A stretch of DNA of 43,646 bases from Chthoniobacteraceae bacterium (GTDB lineage: Bacteria > Verrucomicrobiota > Verrucomicrobiia > Chthoniobacterales > Chthoniobacteraceae), in NCBI GenBank assembly GCA_031409655.1, contig JANNXQ010000196.1, forward strand, positions 1 through 43,646. The letters are read 5' to 3'. This document shows, one piece after another, positions 26,396 through 35,981 of the stretch. The translations under genes were made by a program, and so were the position numbers. The notes beneath the pieces were generated by a model. It saw only the letters and a list, made by a program, of their open reading frames with translations. It was not told where the DNA came from and did not search any database. Each line of letters starts with the position of its first letter. Position 1 is the first letter of the stretch.

Positions 26396-28384
26396 ATGAA
26401 TCTCAATACCGACGCCCTTTCCCGTGCTGCCAATGAAGCCCGCGGGCTTGCCATGGAGGCGGTTCACGCCTGTTCCTCCGGTCATCTCGGTCTGCCGCTC
26501 GGGTGTGCGGAGATCGGCGCGGTGCTTTTTGGGCATGCGCTCCAATATCAACCGGCTGATCCGCATTGGTTGAACCGGGACCGATTCATCCTGAGCGCCG
26601 GTCACGGCTCGATGTTTTTGTATTCGTGGCTGCACCTGAGTGGCTATGCGGTCGATCTTGAGCAGGTGAAGAAATTCCGCGTGCTCGGGAGCATCACCCC
26701 GGGCCACCCCGAATTTCACGAGACTCCAGGTGTGGAGGCCACCACCGGGCCATTGGGGCAGGGGGTTGCGAATGCGGTCGGCTACGCCGTGTCGCAGAAG
26801 ATGGCGGCGGCGAAATTCAACACCGCTGCGCACACGATCATCGACAATCACATCGTGGCGCTGTCCGGGGACGGCTGCATGCAGGAGGGCGTGGCCATGG
26901 AGGCGGTCGCCTTTGCCGGTCACTTCAAACTCGATAACCTGATCCTCATTTACGATTCCAATGACGTGACCCTCGATGCGATGGCGAATGCCACGCAGAG
27001 TGAAGACGCGGCGAAGCGTTTCGAGGCGATTGAGTGGGGCGTGCAGACGATCGACGGCCACGACATGGGGGCCTTCGTCGCGGCTTTCGAGAAAGCGAAG
27101 GCAGCCACGGGCCAACCGCAGATCATCATCGCGAAAACAGTGATCGGGAAAGGCATCGCCGAAGTGGCGGGCACCGCAAAGGCCCATGGAGAAGGTGGTG
27201 CCAAGTTTGTCGATGCGGCGCGCAAGGCGCTTGGCTTGCCCGATGGCGAGCACTTCTTCGTGAGCGCCGAGACTCGCGCCTATTTCACCGCGCACGCGCA
27301 ACAACTCGCGGCAAAGTATGCTGCTTGGAAGCAGACCTACGCGGCCTGGAGTGCTGCGAATGTCGGCCTCGCCGCGGAATTGAACGGCGACCTTGAGAAG
27401 ACCGTGCCCGCTGATTTGCTCGCGAAGATTCCGCAATTTCCCGCGGACGCGAAGATCGCGACCCGCAAGGCCGGGGCCGATGTGCTGCAACCCGTGGCGG
27501 AAGCCGTTCCGTCGCTCGTCTCTGGCAGCGCCGATCTGCACGGTTCGACGCTCAATTACATCGCGTCTTCAAAAGACTTCGGTCCGCAGAACTGGGGCGG
27601 TCGCAATATCCGCTTCGGCATCCGCGAACACGGCATGTGCGGCATCATGAACGGCATCGCCTACGACGGCATCTTCCGCGCGAGCGGGGCGACGTTCCTC
27701 GTTTTCGCGGACTACTGCCGCGGCAGCATCCGCCTCGCGGCGCTGAGCAACCTGCCGGTGCTCTACATCTTCACCCATGACTCTGTGGGCGTCGGCGAAG
27801 ATGGACCCACGCACCAACCCGTGGAAACGGTCAGCGGCCTGCGCGTGATTCCGAATCTCGACGTGATCCGGCCGGCTGATCCCGAGGAAACCGCCGGCGC
27901 ATTTGCCGCCGCGCTGCATCGCGTCAATGGCCCCACACTTCTCTCCCTCACTCGTCAGGTCGTCCCGAATCTTTCCGAAATCCCGGTGCAGACGCGGCGA
28001 GAAGGCGTGGCCAAAGGTGGCTACATCGCCGTTCGCGAAACCGGTGCGCTTCAGACGATCCTGCTCGGCGCCGGCAGCGAATTGCAGCACGCCATCGCCG
28101 CGGCGAAACAACTCGGTGCTGGCGTCCGCGTCGTGAGCATCCCGAGCTTCCATCGCTTCGACAAACAGCCGCAGGCTTACCGGGACGAGGTCCTGCCACC
28201 GGCAGTCCGTCGGCGGGTCGCCATCGAAGCGGGAGTGACCGATCTTTGGTGGAAGTATGTCGGTTTGGACGGTCGCGTCATCGGCATCGATCGCTTCGGG
28301 CTCAGTGCCCCTGGAGGCAAAGTCATGGAAGTCCTGGGCATCACTCCACAAGCCGTTGTCGCTGCGGTGCAGGCATTGGGCTGA
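26396..28384 (+). CDS. tkt: Transketolase
   Basis: [40 protein letters not shown], ThDP motif [39 protein letters not shown]. Confidence 0.97.
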   Translation: MNLNTDALSRAANEARGLAMEAVHACSSGHLGLPLGCAEIGAVLFGHALQYQPADPHWLNRDRFILSAGHGSMFLYSWLHLSGYAVDLEQVKKFRVLGSITPGHPEFHETPGVEATTGPLGQGVANAVGYAVSQKMAAAKFNTAAHTIIDNHIVALSGDGCMQEGVAMEAVAFAGHFKLDNLILIYDSNDVTLDAMANATQSEDAAKRFEAIEWGVQTIDGHDMGAFVAAFEKAKAATGQPQIIIAKTVIGKGIAEVAGTAKAHGEGGAKFVDAARKALGLPDGEHFFVSAETRAYFTAHAQQLAAKYAAWKQTYAAWSAANVGLAAELNGDLEKTVPADLLAKIPQFPADAKIATRKAGADVLQPVAEAVPSLVSGSADLHGSTLNYIASSKDFGPQNWGGRNIRFGIREHGMCGIMNGIAYDGIFRASGATFLVFADYCRGSIRLAALSNLPVLYIFTHDSVGVGEDGPTHQPVETVSGLRVIPNLDVIRPADPEETAGAFAAALHRVNGPTLLSLTRQVVPNLSEIPVQTRREGVAKGGYIAVRETGALQTILLGAGSELQHAIAAAKQLGAGVRVVSIPSFHRFDKQPQAYRDEVLPPAVRRRVAIEAGVTDLWWKYVGLDGRVIGIDRFGLSAPGGKVMEVLGITPQAVVAAVQALG

Positions 28385-28421
28385 GGAGGAAGGCGCTGCG
28401 TCGCCGCCCGCAAATTATTCC

Positions 28422-29159
28422 GTGTCTCTCGCCGCCCAAGAAATTCAGCCCGACGAAGTCCGTGCCCTCGCAGAGCAGTTCGAAGCATTCTCGCTGACGG
28501 AGACCCTTCGCTGGACTTGGGAGCGCTTCGGTGTCCGCGCCGCCATCGGCACGAGTTTTCAAGGTGCCGGTCTGGTCATGATTCACCACGCTCTCCAGGC
28601 GGGCCTGCCGTTTCCGATCTTTACACTCGATACGCAGCTCCTCTTTCCGGAAACCTACGAACTCAAGCAGCGCCTCGAGGATTTCTTCGGTGTCAAAATT
28701 GAAGGCCTCCTGCCAGACGAAACGCCCGAGCAACAAGCCGTGAGCCTCGGTTCGGAGCTGTGGAAAACGAAACCGGACACGTGCTGCACGTTGCGGAAAG
28801 TGGTTCCGCTCCAGCGAAAACTTGAGACGCTTGCCGTGTGGATGACCGGGGTGCGCCGCCAGCAGAGCGACACGCGCGAGACCACGCGCATCCTCGAGTT
28901 GTACCACTTCGACGTGCTGCGCGATCAATACATCCTCAAGCTCAACCCGATGGCTTCGTGGGCACGCGATGCGGTCTGGGCTTACCTCAAGACGCACAAG
29001 ATCCCGTACAATCCGTTGCACGATCGCGGCTATCGTTCGATCGGCTGCTGGCCCTGCACCCAGCCAACGGACGCGGGAGAGAATGAACGCGCGGGTCGCT
29101 GGACAGGCTTTGATAAGGCCGAGTGCGGCATCCACACCTTTCTCGGGGACAGTATATGA
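28422..29159 (+). CDS. cysH: APS/PAPS reductase (4Fe-4S APS-reductase type); GTG start inferred
   Basis: TSFQ, LDT.LLFPETY, CCTLRKVVPL, TGVRRQQS, YNPLHDRGYRSIGCWPCT, RAGRW, ECGIH. Confidence 0.93.
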   Translation: MSLAAQEIQPDEVRALAEQFEAFSLTETLRWTWERFGVRAAIGTSFQGAGLVMIHHALQAGLPFPIFTLDTQLLFPETYELKQRLEDFFGVKIEGLLPDETPEQQAVSLGSELWKTKPDTCCTLRKVVPLQRKLETLAVWMTGVRRQQSDTRETTRILELYHFDVLRDQYILKLNPMASWARDAVWAYLKTHKIPYNPLHDRGYRSIGCWPCTQPTDAGENERAGRWTGFDKAECGIHTFLGDSI

Positions 29160-29265
29160 TTTTCCGGAAAGTAAGTGCGGCGGACGCGAAAGGTTCGCCG
29201 TCCCCAGCCAATCCTCTCGACTTGCAGCGCGTTCCGGTTTCGGCTTTCTCCTCCCCGGTTTTCCC

Positions 29266-30210
29266 ATGATGGACCACTCCTCACATCCAGCCTACCGCGA
29301 CCTCTATCCCGCGCCGCCCGCCAGCGAGCCGCCGGCTTTTTTCCCGGAGAAAATGTCGCGCGACGACAATGCCCACCTCGACGTGCTCGAAGCGCAGAGC
29401 ATTTTTCTCATCCGCGAGGCCTACCACCATTTCAAAAACATCTGCATGCCGTGGAGCATGGGAAAGGACTCCAACGTCCTGATCTGGCTCTCGAAAAAGG
29501 CGTTCTGCGGGCACATCCCTTATCCGCTGCTCCACATCGACACGACCTTCGAGTTTCCCGAGATGATCGAGTATCGCGACTGGGCGGTGCAGCATCATGG
29601 GCTTAATCTCATCGTGAAGATCAATGAGGACGCCCGCTCCGGGCGGGGGGCTTACCGAGAGCGCGGACCCATCGGCTACGACACTGCGGACCCGGTGACC
29701 GTCACGCACGAACTCAAGACCGCCGCGCTGCAGCAGGTGATGGCCGAGCACAAGTGGGACGCGCTGATCACCGGCATCCGTCGAGACGAAGATCCGACGC
29801 GCGCCAAGGAGCGCTACTTTTCGCCGCGCACGAAGGACTTCGAATGGGATTACAAAGACCAGCCGCCGGAGTTTTGGAATCAATTCACGACGAGCTGCGC
29901 CCCTGGCGAACACGTCCGGGTGCAGGCGCTGCTCGACTGGACCGAGCGCGACATCTGGCTCTATATCCAGCGCGAAGGCATCCCGATCCCGAAGATGTAC
30001 TTCGCCCGCACTGGCGCGGACCAGAAGCGCTACCGCTTCCGCTCGCTCGGCTGCTGGCCGATCTCCAAGCCGGTCGAAAGCGAAGCGGATACGATCGACA
30101 AGATCATCGACGAACTCCTGACGACGAAGACCAGCGAGCGCGCCGGCCGCGCGCAAGATCACCACGAGCGAAATGCGATGCAGAAGCTCCGGGCGAAAGG
30201 ATTCATGTGA
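29266..30210 (+). CDS. cysD: Sulfate adenylyltransferase subunit 2 (alternative start at 29353)
   Basis: LEAQSIFLIREA, PP-loop SMGKDS, LLHIDT, ELKT..L, GIRRDED..RAKERYFSPR, QPPEFW, LLDWTE.DIW.YI, FRSLGC, SERAGRAQD. Confidence 0.95.
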   Translation: MMDHSSHPAYRDLYPAPPASEPPAFFPEKMSRDDNAHLDVLEAQSIFLIREAYHHFKNICMPWSMGKDSNVLIWLSKKAFCGHIPYPLLHIDTTFEFPEMIEYRDWAVQHHGLNLIVKINEDARSGRGAYRERGPIGYDTADPVTVTHELKTAALQQVMAEHKWDALITGIRRDEDPTRAKERYFSPRTKDFEWDYKDQPPEFWNQFTTSCAPGEHVRVQALLDWTERDIWLYIQREGIPIPKMYFARTGADQKRYRFRSLGCWPISKPVESEADTIDKIIDELLTTKTSERAGRAQDHHERNAMQKLRAKGFM

Positions 30211-30226
30211 TCGACGGCAGCAACTT

Positions 30227-30235
30227 TGCTAGGCT
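30227..30235 (+). promoter_or_regulatory. Possible extended -10 element for leaderless hicB transcription
   Basis: TG-C-TAGGCT ends 6 nt before the hicB ATG; no SD present. Confidence 0.3.
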
Positions 30236-30241
30236 CCAAAA

Positions 30242-30448
30242 ATGAAATTCTCAGTAACCATCGAGCGCGACGAAGACGGAATGTTTTGCGTTTCATGCCC
30301 TTCAATTCCCGGTTGCCATTCGCAGGGAGCGAACCGCGAAGAAGCACTGACGAACATCAAGGACGCAATCGCCGCGTGTCTCGAAGTGCGCTCCGAACGC
30401 GGAATGCCACTGACCGTTGAGACAACGCAAGTGGAGGTCGTCGCTTAA
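30242..30448 (+). CDS. hicB: HicB-family antitoxin (short form, no DNA-binding domain)
   Basis: IERDEDG.F.V.CPSIPGCHSQG.NREEAL.NIKDAI...L partial RNase H fold signature; 68 aa. Confidence 0.9.
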   Translation: MKFSVTIERDEDGMFCVSCPSIPGCHSQGANREEALTNIKDAIAACLEVRSERGMPLTVETTQVEVVA

Positions 30449-30449
30449 A

Positions 30450-30674
30450 GTGCCCGCCGTTCCGGTTGTCAGTGGAAGTGAAGCCGTGCGAGCGTTCCAG
30501 CAACTTGGCTGGGAATTCGATCGGCAGCGAGGGAGTCACATGGTGCTCGTGAAGACTGGCGGCGCCGTTTCACTTTCCGTTCCAGCTCACCGCGAAGTTG
30601 CCAAAGGCACTCTGCGCAGCCTGATCCGTGACGCTGGCATTACCGTCGAGCAGCTCATCGCTGCGCTGCGCTGA
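30450..30674 (+). CDS. hicA: HicA-family mRNA interferase toxin
   Basis: GTG 1 nt after the hicB stop. SG.EAVRAF..LGW...[25 protein letters not shown]; catalytic His of GSH intact; 74 aa. Confidence 0.9.
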   Translation: MPAVPVVSGSEAVRAFQQLGWEFDRQRGSHMVLVKTGGAVSLSVPAHREVAKGTLRSLIRDAGITVEQLIAALR

Positions 30675-30690
30675 GTCCTCAATGCCCTGT

Positions 30691-32589
30691 ATGAAAAACA
30701 CTTCCCCTTCCGTCGAGACAGCCCGCCTCCGTGTGGTCTTCGTCGGCCACGTCGATCACGGCAAGAGCACCCTCATCGGCCGCATTTTCTACGACACGAA
30801 GTCGCTGCCTGACGGCAAAGTGGAGCAGATGCAGGCGGCTGCGAAAGAGGAGGGGATGGAGTTTGAATACTCCTTCCTGCTCGATTCGCTGCTCGAAGAG
30901 CAGGAGCAGAATATCACGATCGATACGACGCAGATTCAGTTCAAGACGGACAAACGGCCCTACGTCATCATCGACGCGCCGGGGCACAAGGAGTTCCTGA
31001 AGAACATGATCACCGGCGCAGCCAGCGCGGATGCGGCGGTGCTGCTGATCGCGGCGAATGAAGGCGTGCGCGAACAATCGCGGCGGCACGGCTATCTGCT
31101 CTCACTGCTCGGGATCAAGCAGGTGGTCGTCGCGGTGAACAAGATGGACCTCGTCGATTTCAGCGAGCAGGTCTTCAACGACGTCGTCACGGAGTACAAA
31201 AAATTCCTCACGCAGATCGGTCTCGAGGCGCGGCTCTTCGTGCCGATCTCGGCGCGCGGTGGATTCAATGTGGTGACCAAAGCCCCGCAGGAGATGCCTT
31301 GGTATCAGGGGCCGACGATCACGGACATGCTCGACAACTTCGAGCCTCCGAAGCCCGTGTATGATCTCCCGCTGCGCTTTCCAGTGCAGGATGTGTATCG
31401 CTTTGACGAGCGCCGGATCATCGCCGGACGCATCGAGACCGGCACCCTGCGCGTCGGCGATACGCTCGTCTTTTCTCCGAATAACAAGACCAGCGTGGTC
31501 GCGAGCATCGAGACTTGGAACGCGCCGAAAAAGGATGTCGCTCTCGCGGGCGAAAGCATCGGCATCACCCTCACCGAGCAGATTTTTGTGGAGCGCGGCC
31601 ACGTCGCTTCGCACGAGCAGGACGCTCCGATCGAGTCAAACCGCTTCAAGGCCCGCCTCTTCTGGATGGGCAAACGCAACCTCACGGTCGGCGAACGCAC
31701 CAAACTCAAACTCGCCACCCAGGAACTCGACGCCGAGATCGTGAGTATTGAGAAGATCATCGACGCTTCGACACTCGAAAACGTCGCTGCCGGACGCGAC
31801 TACATCGCCCGCAACGACGTCGCGGAGATCACGCTCCAAACGCGCGGCGCACTGGTCATGGATAATGCGGACCGCAATCCGCTGCTGGGGCGCTTCGTTC
31901 TCGTCGATCAACGCCAGGTCGCCGGCGGCGGTATCGTCTTCGGGGGCGTCTATACCGATCGCGCGAAGGTAAAATCGCAGAACATCTATTGGAGCGAAGG
32001 CGACGTCACCGCGCTGCGCCGGGCGGCCCGCCACGGCCACAAGGGCGCCGTGATCTGGCTCACTGGCTTGAGCGGCTCGGGCAAAAGCACCATCGCTCGC
32101 GCCATCGAACGCGAACTTTTCAACCTCGGCATGCACACCCATGTGCTCGACGGCGACAACATCCGCCACGGTCTCAACTCCAACCTCGGCTTCAGCCCCG
32201 AGGATCGGGTGGAGAACATCCGCCGCGTCGCCGAAGTCGCCCGACTCATGGCGGACGCCGGGCTCATCTCCATCACGGCCTTCATCAGTCCGTATCTTGC
32301 TGATCGCCGTCGCGCCCGCGAGATCGCCCTCGAAGGCGGCGTGGACTTCATCGAAGTCTTCGTCGATGCCCCGCTCGCGACCTGCGAGCAGCGGGACACC
32401 AAGGGCCTCTACAAAAAGGCGCGCGCCGGCGAGATCAAGGACTTCACCGGAATCAGTGCGCCTTACGAAGCACCGGAGAATGCCGAGATCACCATCCATA
32501 CGGATCGCGAATCGCGCGAAGAGAGCGCGGCGAAGGTCATCGAGCACGTCCGCGCTCGCCTGCGCTTCGAGCCCGACGTGGTGATCTGA
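30691..32589 (+). CDS. cysNC: Bifunctional sulfate adenylyltransferase subunit 1 / adenylylsulfate kinase
   Basis: GTPase motifs [22 protein letters not shown], followed by EF-Tu-like domains. APS kinase [42 protein letters not shown]....FTGI..PYE. Confidence 0.95.
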   Translation: MKNTSPSVETARLRVVFVGHVDHGKSTLIGRIFYDTKSLPDGKVEQMQAAAKEEGMEFEYSFLLDSLLEEQEQNITIDTTQIQFKTDKRPYVIIDAPGHKEFLKNMITGAASADAAVLLIAANEGVREQSRRHGYLLSLLGIKQVVVAVNKMDLVDFSEQVFNDVVTEYKKFLTQIGLEARLFVPISARGGFNVVTKAPQEMPWYQGPTITDMLDNFEPPKPVYDLPLRFPVQDVYRFDERRIIAGRIETGTLRVGDTLVFSPNNKTSVVASIETWNAPKKDVALAGESIGITLTEQIFVERGHVASHEQDAPIESNRFKARLFWMGKRNLTVGERTKLKLATQELDAEIVSIEKIIDASTLENVAAGRDYIARNDVAEITLQTRGALVMDNADRNPLLGRFVLVDQRQVAGGGIVFGGVYTDRAKVKSQNIYWSEGDVTALRRAARHGHKGAVIWLTGLSGSGKSTIARAIERELFNLGMHTHVLDGDNIRHGLNSNLGFSPEDRVENIRRVAEVARLMADAGLISITAFISPYLADRRRAREIALEGGVDFIEVFVDAPLATCEQRDTKGLYKKARAGEIKDFTGISAPYEAPENAEITIHTDRESREESAAKVIEHVRARLRFEPDVVI

Positions 32590-32601
32590 GCTTGGGAGCG
32601 C

Positions 32602-33321
32602 TCAAAGCGGTAGCGGCAGCAGCTTGCCGGCGACGATCGCGATGGCTTGGTGGAAACACGTGGCTCGCGCGAAGGGCGACATGAATTCGGCGTCGATGAT
32701 GTTCGTGCCGGCGGCCCAAGTGCTGAACGCGGGAAGCACCAGCGCGTTTTCGGCGACGAGAAAGCAGGGGCAGCGCGCGCTGGTCGCCACGCCGGCGGAG
32801 AGCGTCAGCGAGGGATGCTCGTGGCCGAAGATCACGCGGCCGCTTTTTTCGCGGAGAGCGGTCAGGCGAGTGGGCGCATCCTTTCCGATGTGGCCATGGA
32901 GCAGCAGGTGCGGGCCGACCTCGAGTTCGTGCTCGACCGTCATTTCGAGTCCCGCTTCCGCGAGCAGTTTCGGGAGCCACTGGTCGTGATTCCCGGCGAG
33001 CAAACACAAGGAGGTGCGCGTGCCGACTTCCGCCACGAGCCGGCGAAGTTCCTCTCGCACTGGCGCCGGCGCGGAGAATCCGTGAACGACATCACCGAGC
33101 ACGACGAGTTGCCGTGGGCGGTAGTCGCCCACGAGTTCAGTGAGCCGGCGGATCGTGCCGTCATCCACCGCGATCGGCATCAGGTTTCCCGCAGCCCGAT
33201 GCGACCACGGGTAGCCGAGGTGCAGATCGGCGACGGCGAGGAGACTCTCCCCCGGCAGCCAGACGGCACGGCGCGCGTCTAGCCAGAGGCCCGGGGCGAG
33301 TTCAAGCCGACGGTGTGGCAT
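32602..33321 (-). CDS. Metallophosphoesterase/endonuclease of the Lhr-associated (PdeM/MPE) family
   Basis: ADLHLG, LGDVVH, GNHD, LHGH, GHEHP, CPCFL, LVLPAFS. Start overlaps the end of the Lhr gene. Confidence 0.88.
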   Translation of the reverse strand: MPHRRLELAPGLWLDARRAVWLPGESLLAVADLHLGYPWSHRAAGNLMPIAVDDGTIRRLTELVGDYRPRQLVVLGDVVHGFSAPAPVREELRRLVAEVGTRTSLCLLAGNHDQWLPKLLAEAGLEMTVEHELEVGPHLLLHGHIGKDAPTRLTALREKSGRVIFGHEHPSLTLSAGVATSARCPCFLVAENALVLPAFSTWAAGTNIIDAEFMSPFARATCFHQAIAIVAGKLLPLPL

Positions 33322-35932
33322 GCTCGATCTTGCTCCACCAGTGGTTGAAGAGACGCTCCTGCACCTCAAAGGGATCTTCGGCCAGCAGCGCCTCCTTGAT
33401 CTTCGTCGCATACATCGCAAAGGAGAGCGGCGGGATGGTCGTCACGGGGCGCAGCCGCACGGGGCGGGAGCGTTGAGCATCGAGGAAGGCGAGGGCGCCA
33501 TCGACGTCGAGGAAGGAGTGCAAAGTATCGCGGCGGGCTTCCCGCAGGAGGACGTGCGCGGGCTCGTGCTGGCGCAGGACGTTGAAGATGACCTCGGAGG
33601 ACCACGCGAGTTTGCGCATCGGTTTTTGCTGATCGAAGAAATTGCGATACACCATGAGGCCGGTCTGCGCGGCATTCCGGAAGTGGTACTTCAGCATCTC
33701 GGATTGCTCGAGGGATTCGTCCAGCTCCGCGGCAAAGCGCTCCGGGTGGAGCAGGCTCCGGAGTTCGTCTTCGGTAAAACGCTGCCGCGCCTCGACCGTG
33801 AGGACAAAGCCATAGTCGTGCGGCGTGGCGATGGCATTGCCACTGCGGATGCGACTCAGTCGCGCGGTGATGACGCGGGACAGTGCATCATTCGCCGCGC
33901 GACCGATGAGCGAGTGGAAGAAGTAGTGAATCGAAGGTGGCGGGCCTTTCGGCTCGCGCTGCTCCATGAATTCCTCAACGAGCAGGAAAGCGCTCGTGGG
34001 AATCTCGGAAAGCTCCGCCTGCGCGACGTGGATGCGCGCGATGATCTCCGCGTTCGCCTTTCCGCAATCGAGCCGACGCGCGATCCACGGCGCGAGCGGT
34101 AGTAGCGCAGGCTTCCAGCCTGTCGGAGTGCCGCAGGCATCCTTGCCTGTCGTGGGGTGCAGGCTGGAAGCGTGCGGCACTCCCACAGGCAGGGATGCCT
34201 GCGCTACTACGAGCTCGCTGCGGAAGGCGACAATCTCCTGACACACGCGATTCGAGAGCGGAAATTTCGAGGCATTCCAGCGCGGCACCGTCGGTAGCGC
34301 ACCGGGCGCGGCGGTCACCCAGGCGTCCATCTGCGACACCTTGTCGAGCCGCACGGGACGGCCTGCGAGGACAAAGACATCGCCGATTTTGATCTGGCGG
34401 ATGAAGGATTCCTCGACGCTGCCGAGCACGCGATTGCTGGCGCGCACCCGCACCTGGCCGACATTCGGGATCGTTCCGATGTTTTGCAGGAAGTCGCGCT
34501 GCACCCGGCCCGACCGCGTCTGGAAGCCCTCGTCGTCGAGTTCGATCTTGCCGAAGACTTCGCTGTAGCGCTGGCGGAGCGAGGCGCCGCCGCCGGCGAG
34601 GTAGTCGAGCACGTCGTGAAAATCCTGCTCTTCCAAATGGCGGAAGGGGTACGCGCAGCGCACCAAGGCGAGCGCTTCGGCACGCGTCCATCGCCGGGTG
34701 CAACCCATGGAGACGAGCTGCTGCGCGAGCACGTCGAGGGGCGCGTGGGGAATGCGCACATCGTCGAAATGCCGCTTGCGGGCGAGGAGCACGGTGGCGC
34801 AGGACTCGACGAGATCGCTCACATTTGTGGCCATGAGCACGCCGCGGCTGACGGCGTGGATGTTGTGTCCGGCACGGCCGGCGCGCTGGAGGGCTTTGCT
34901 CACGCCCTTCGGGGTGGACATCATCACCACGAGTTCCACCGAGCCGATGTCGATGCCGAGTTCGAGGCTCGTCGAGCAGACCACGGCGCGGAGTTCGCCG
35001 CGTTTCAGGCGGTCCTCCACTTCGCGGCGCACGTCGCGCTCGAGCGAAGCGTGATGGCATTCGATGCGGTCGGCGAGATCGGGGAGGCTTTCGCGCAACC
35101 AGAAGGTCGTGCCTTCCGCGCCGGATCGTGTGTTGCAGAAGACCAGTGTCGTCTGGTGTTTACGGATGAGGGTGCCGAGTTCGCGCACGAGTCGCTGTCC
35201 GGTGTAGCCGGCGGCGGGATAGGGATTTTTCCGCAGCGGCGTGTGGATGCGCAACTCGATGCGTTTCTTCGCGGTGGAGTCGATGATCGCGCATGGTCTC
35301 CCGGTGCCCACGAGATACTGCGCGACCTCGGGGAGCGGGGCGACCGTAGCCGAGAGGCCGATGCGTTGCAGCCCCGAGCCGAGCTGGCCGAGGCGCTCCA
35401 CGCTCACCGTAAGATGCGCGCCGCGTTTGTTGTCCGCGAGGGCGTGGATTTCATCGATGATCAGCCAGCGCACCGTCGCGAGACGCGGCCGCCATTTCTC
35501 CTGACTGAGCAGCACGCACAGACTCTCTGGCGTGGTGAGGAGAATATGCGGCGGCTTCGTGAATTGCCGGGCGCGCTGGTGCGGCGTGCTGTCGCCGCTG
35601 CGGAGTTCCACGCGGATCGGCGATTTCTCACCGAAGATTTCGCGCAGGGGTTCGTGAAGATTTTTCTCCAGGTCGTAACCGAGTGCCCGCAGCGGCGAGA
35701 CGTAGAGGCAGTAGATGGTTTCGAGGAGCTTGCCGTCGGCCTGACGGCGCGCGAGATCGTCGAGCACCGCGAGGAAGGCGGCGAAGGTTTTGCCGGTGCC
35801 AGTGGGTGAGGCGATGAGCACATTTTCTCCGCGCCGGATGCGCGGCCACGCGGCGCGCTGTGCGGGAGTTGCCCGCCCGTACTTCGCCGCGAACCAATCG
35901 AGGACGAGGGATCGTTTGCGGGTGGCGGGCAT
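33302..35932 (-). CDS. lhr: Lhr-core DEAH-box ATP-dependent helicase (contains an in-frame palindromic insert)
   Basis: TPAQ, SPTGTGKT, YVSPLRAL, TTPESL, IIDEIH, GLSAT, HHASL, CSTSLELGIDIG, LQRAGRAGH, PLDVLAQQL, NIGTIP, PRW. Confidence 0.92.
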   Translation of the reverse strand: MPATRKRSLVLDWFAAKYGRATPAQRAAWPRIRRGENVLIASPTGTGKTFAAFLAVLDDLARRQADGKLLETIYCLYVSPLRALGYDLEKNLHEPLREIFGEKSPIRVELRSGDSTPHQRARQFTKPPHILLTTPESLCVLLSQEKWRPRLATVRWLIIDEIHALADNKRGAHLTVSVERLGQLGSGLQRIGLSATVAPLPEVAQYLVGTGRPCAIIDSTAKKRIELRIHTPLRKNPYPAAGYTGQRLVRELGTLIRKHQTTLVFCNTRSGAEGTTFWLRESLPDLADRIECHHASLERDVRREVEDRLKRGELRAVVCSTSLELGIDIGSVELVVMMSTPKGVSKALQRAGRAGHNIHAVSRGVLMATNVSDLVESCATVLLARKRHFDDVRIPHAPLDVLAQQLVSMGCTRRWTRAEALALVRCAYPFRHLEEQDFHDVLDYLAGGGASLRQRYSEVFGKIELDDEGFQTRSGRVQRDFLQNIGTIPNVGQVRVRASNRVLGSVEESFIRQIKIGDVFVLAGRPVRLDKVSQMDAWVTAAPGALPTVPRWNASKFPLSNRVCQEIVAFRSELVVAQASLPVGVPHASSLHPTTGKDACGTPTGWKPALLPLAPWIARRLDCGKANAEIIARIHVAQAELSEIPTSAFLLVEEFMEQREPKGPPPSIHYFFHSLIGRAANDALSRVITARLSRIRSGNAIATPHDYGFVLTVEARQRFTEDELRSLLHPERFAAELDESLEQSEMLKYHFRNAAQTGLMVYRNFFDQQKPMRKLAWSSEVIFNVLRQHEPAHVLLREARRDTLHSFLDVDGALAFLDAQRSRPVRLRPVTTIPPLSFAMYATKIKEALLAEDPFEVQERLFNHWWSKIEHATPSA
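34099..34210. repeat. GTAG-type REP doublet/REPIN inside the lhr coding sequence
   Basis: Four related units (GTAGCGCAGGCTTCCAGCCTGT, GTGCCGCAGGCATCCTTGCCTGT and two inverted copies) forming one long imperfect hairpin. Outer 14 bp GTAGTAGCGCAGGC pair perfectly. Confidence 0.85.
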
Positions 35933-35981
35933 CGCGTGGTAATTCGTCGCGCGCTCTACAGAGTCAACCGCTTTGCTCTCC

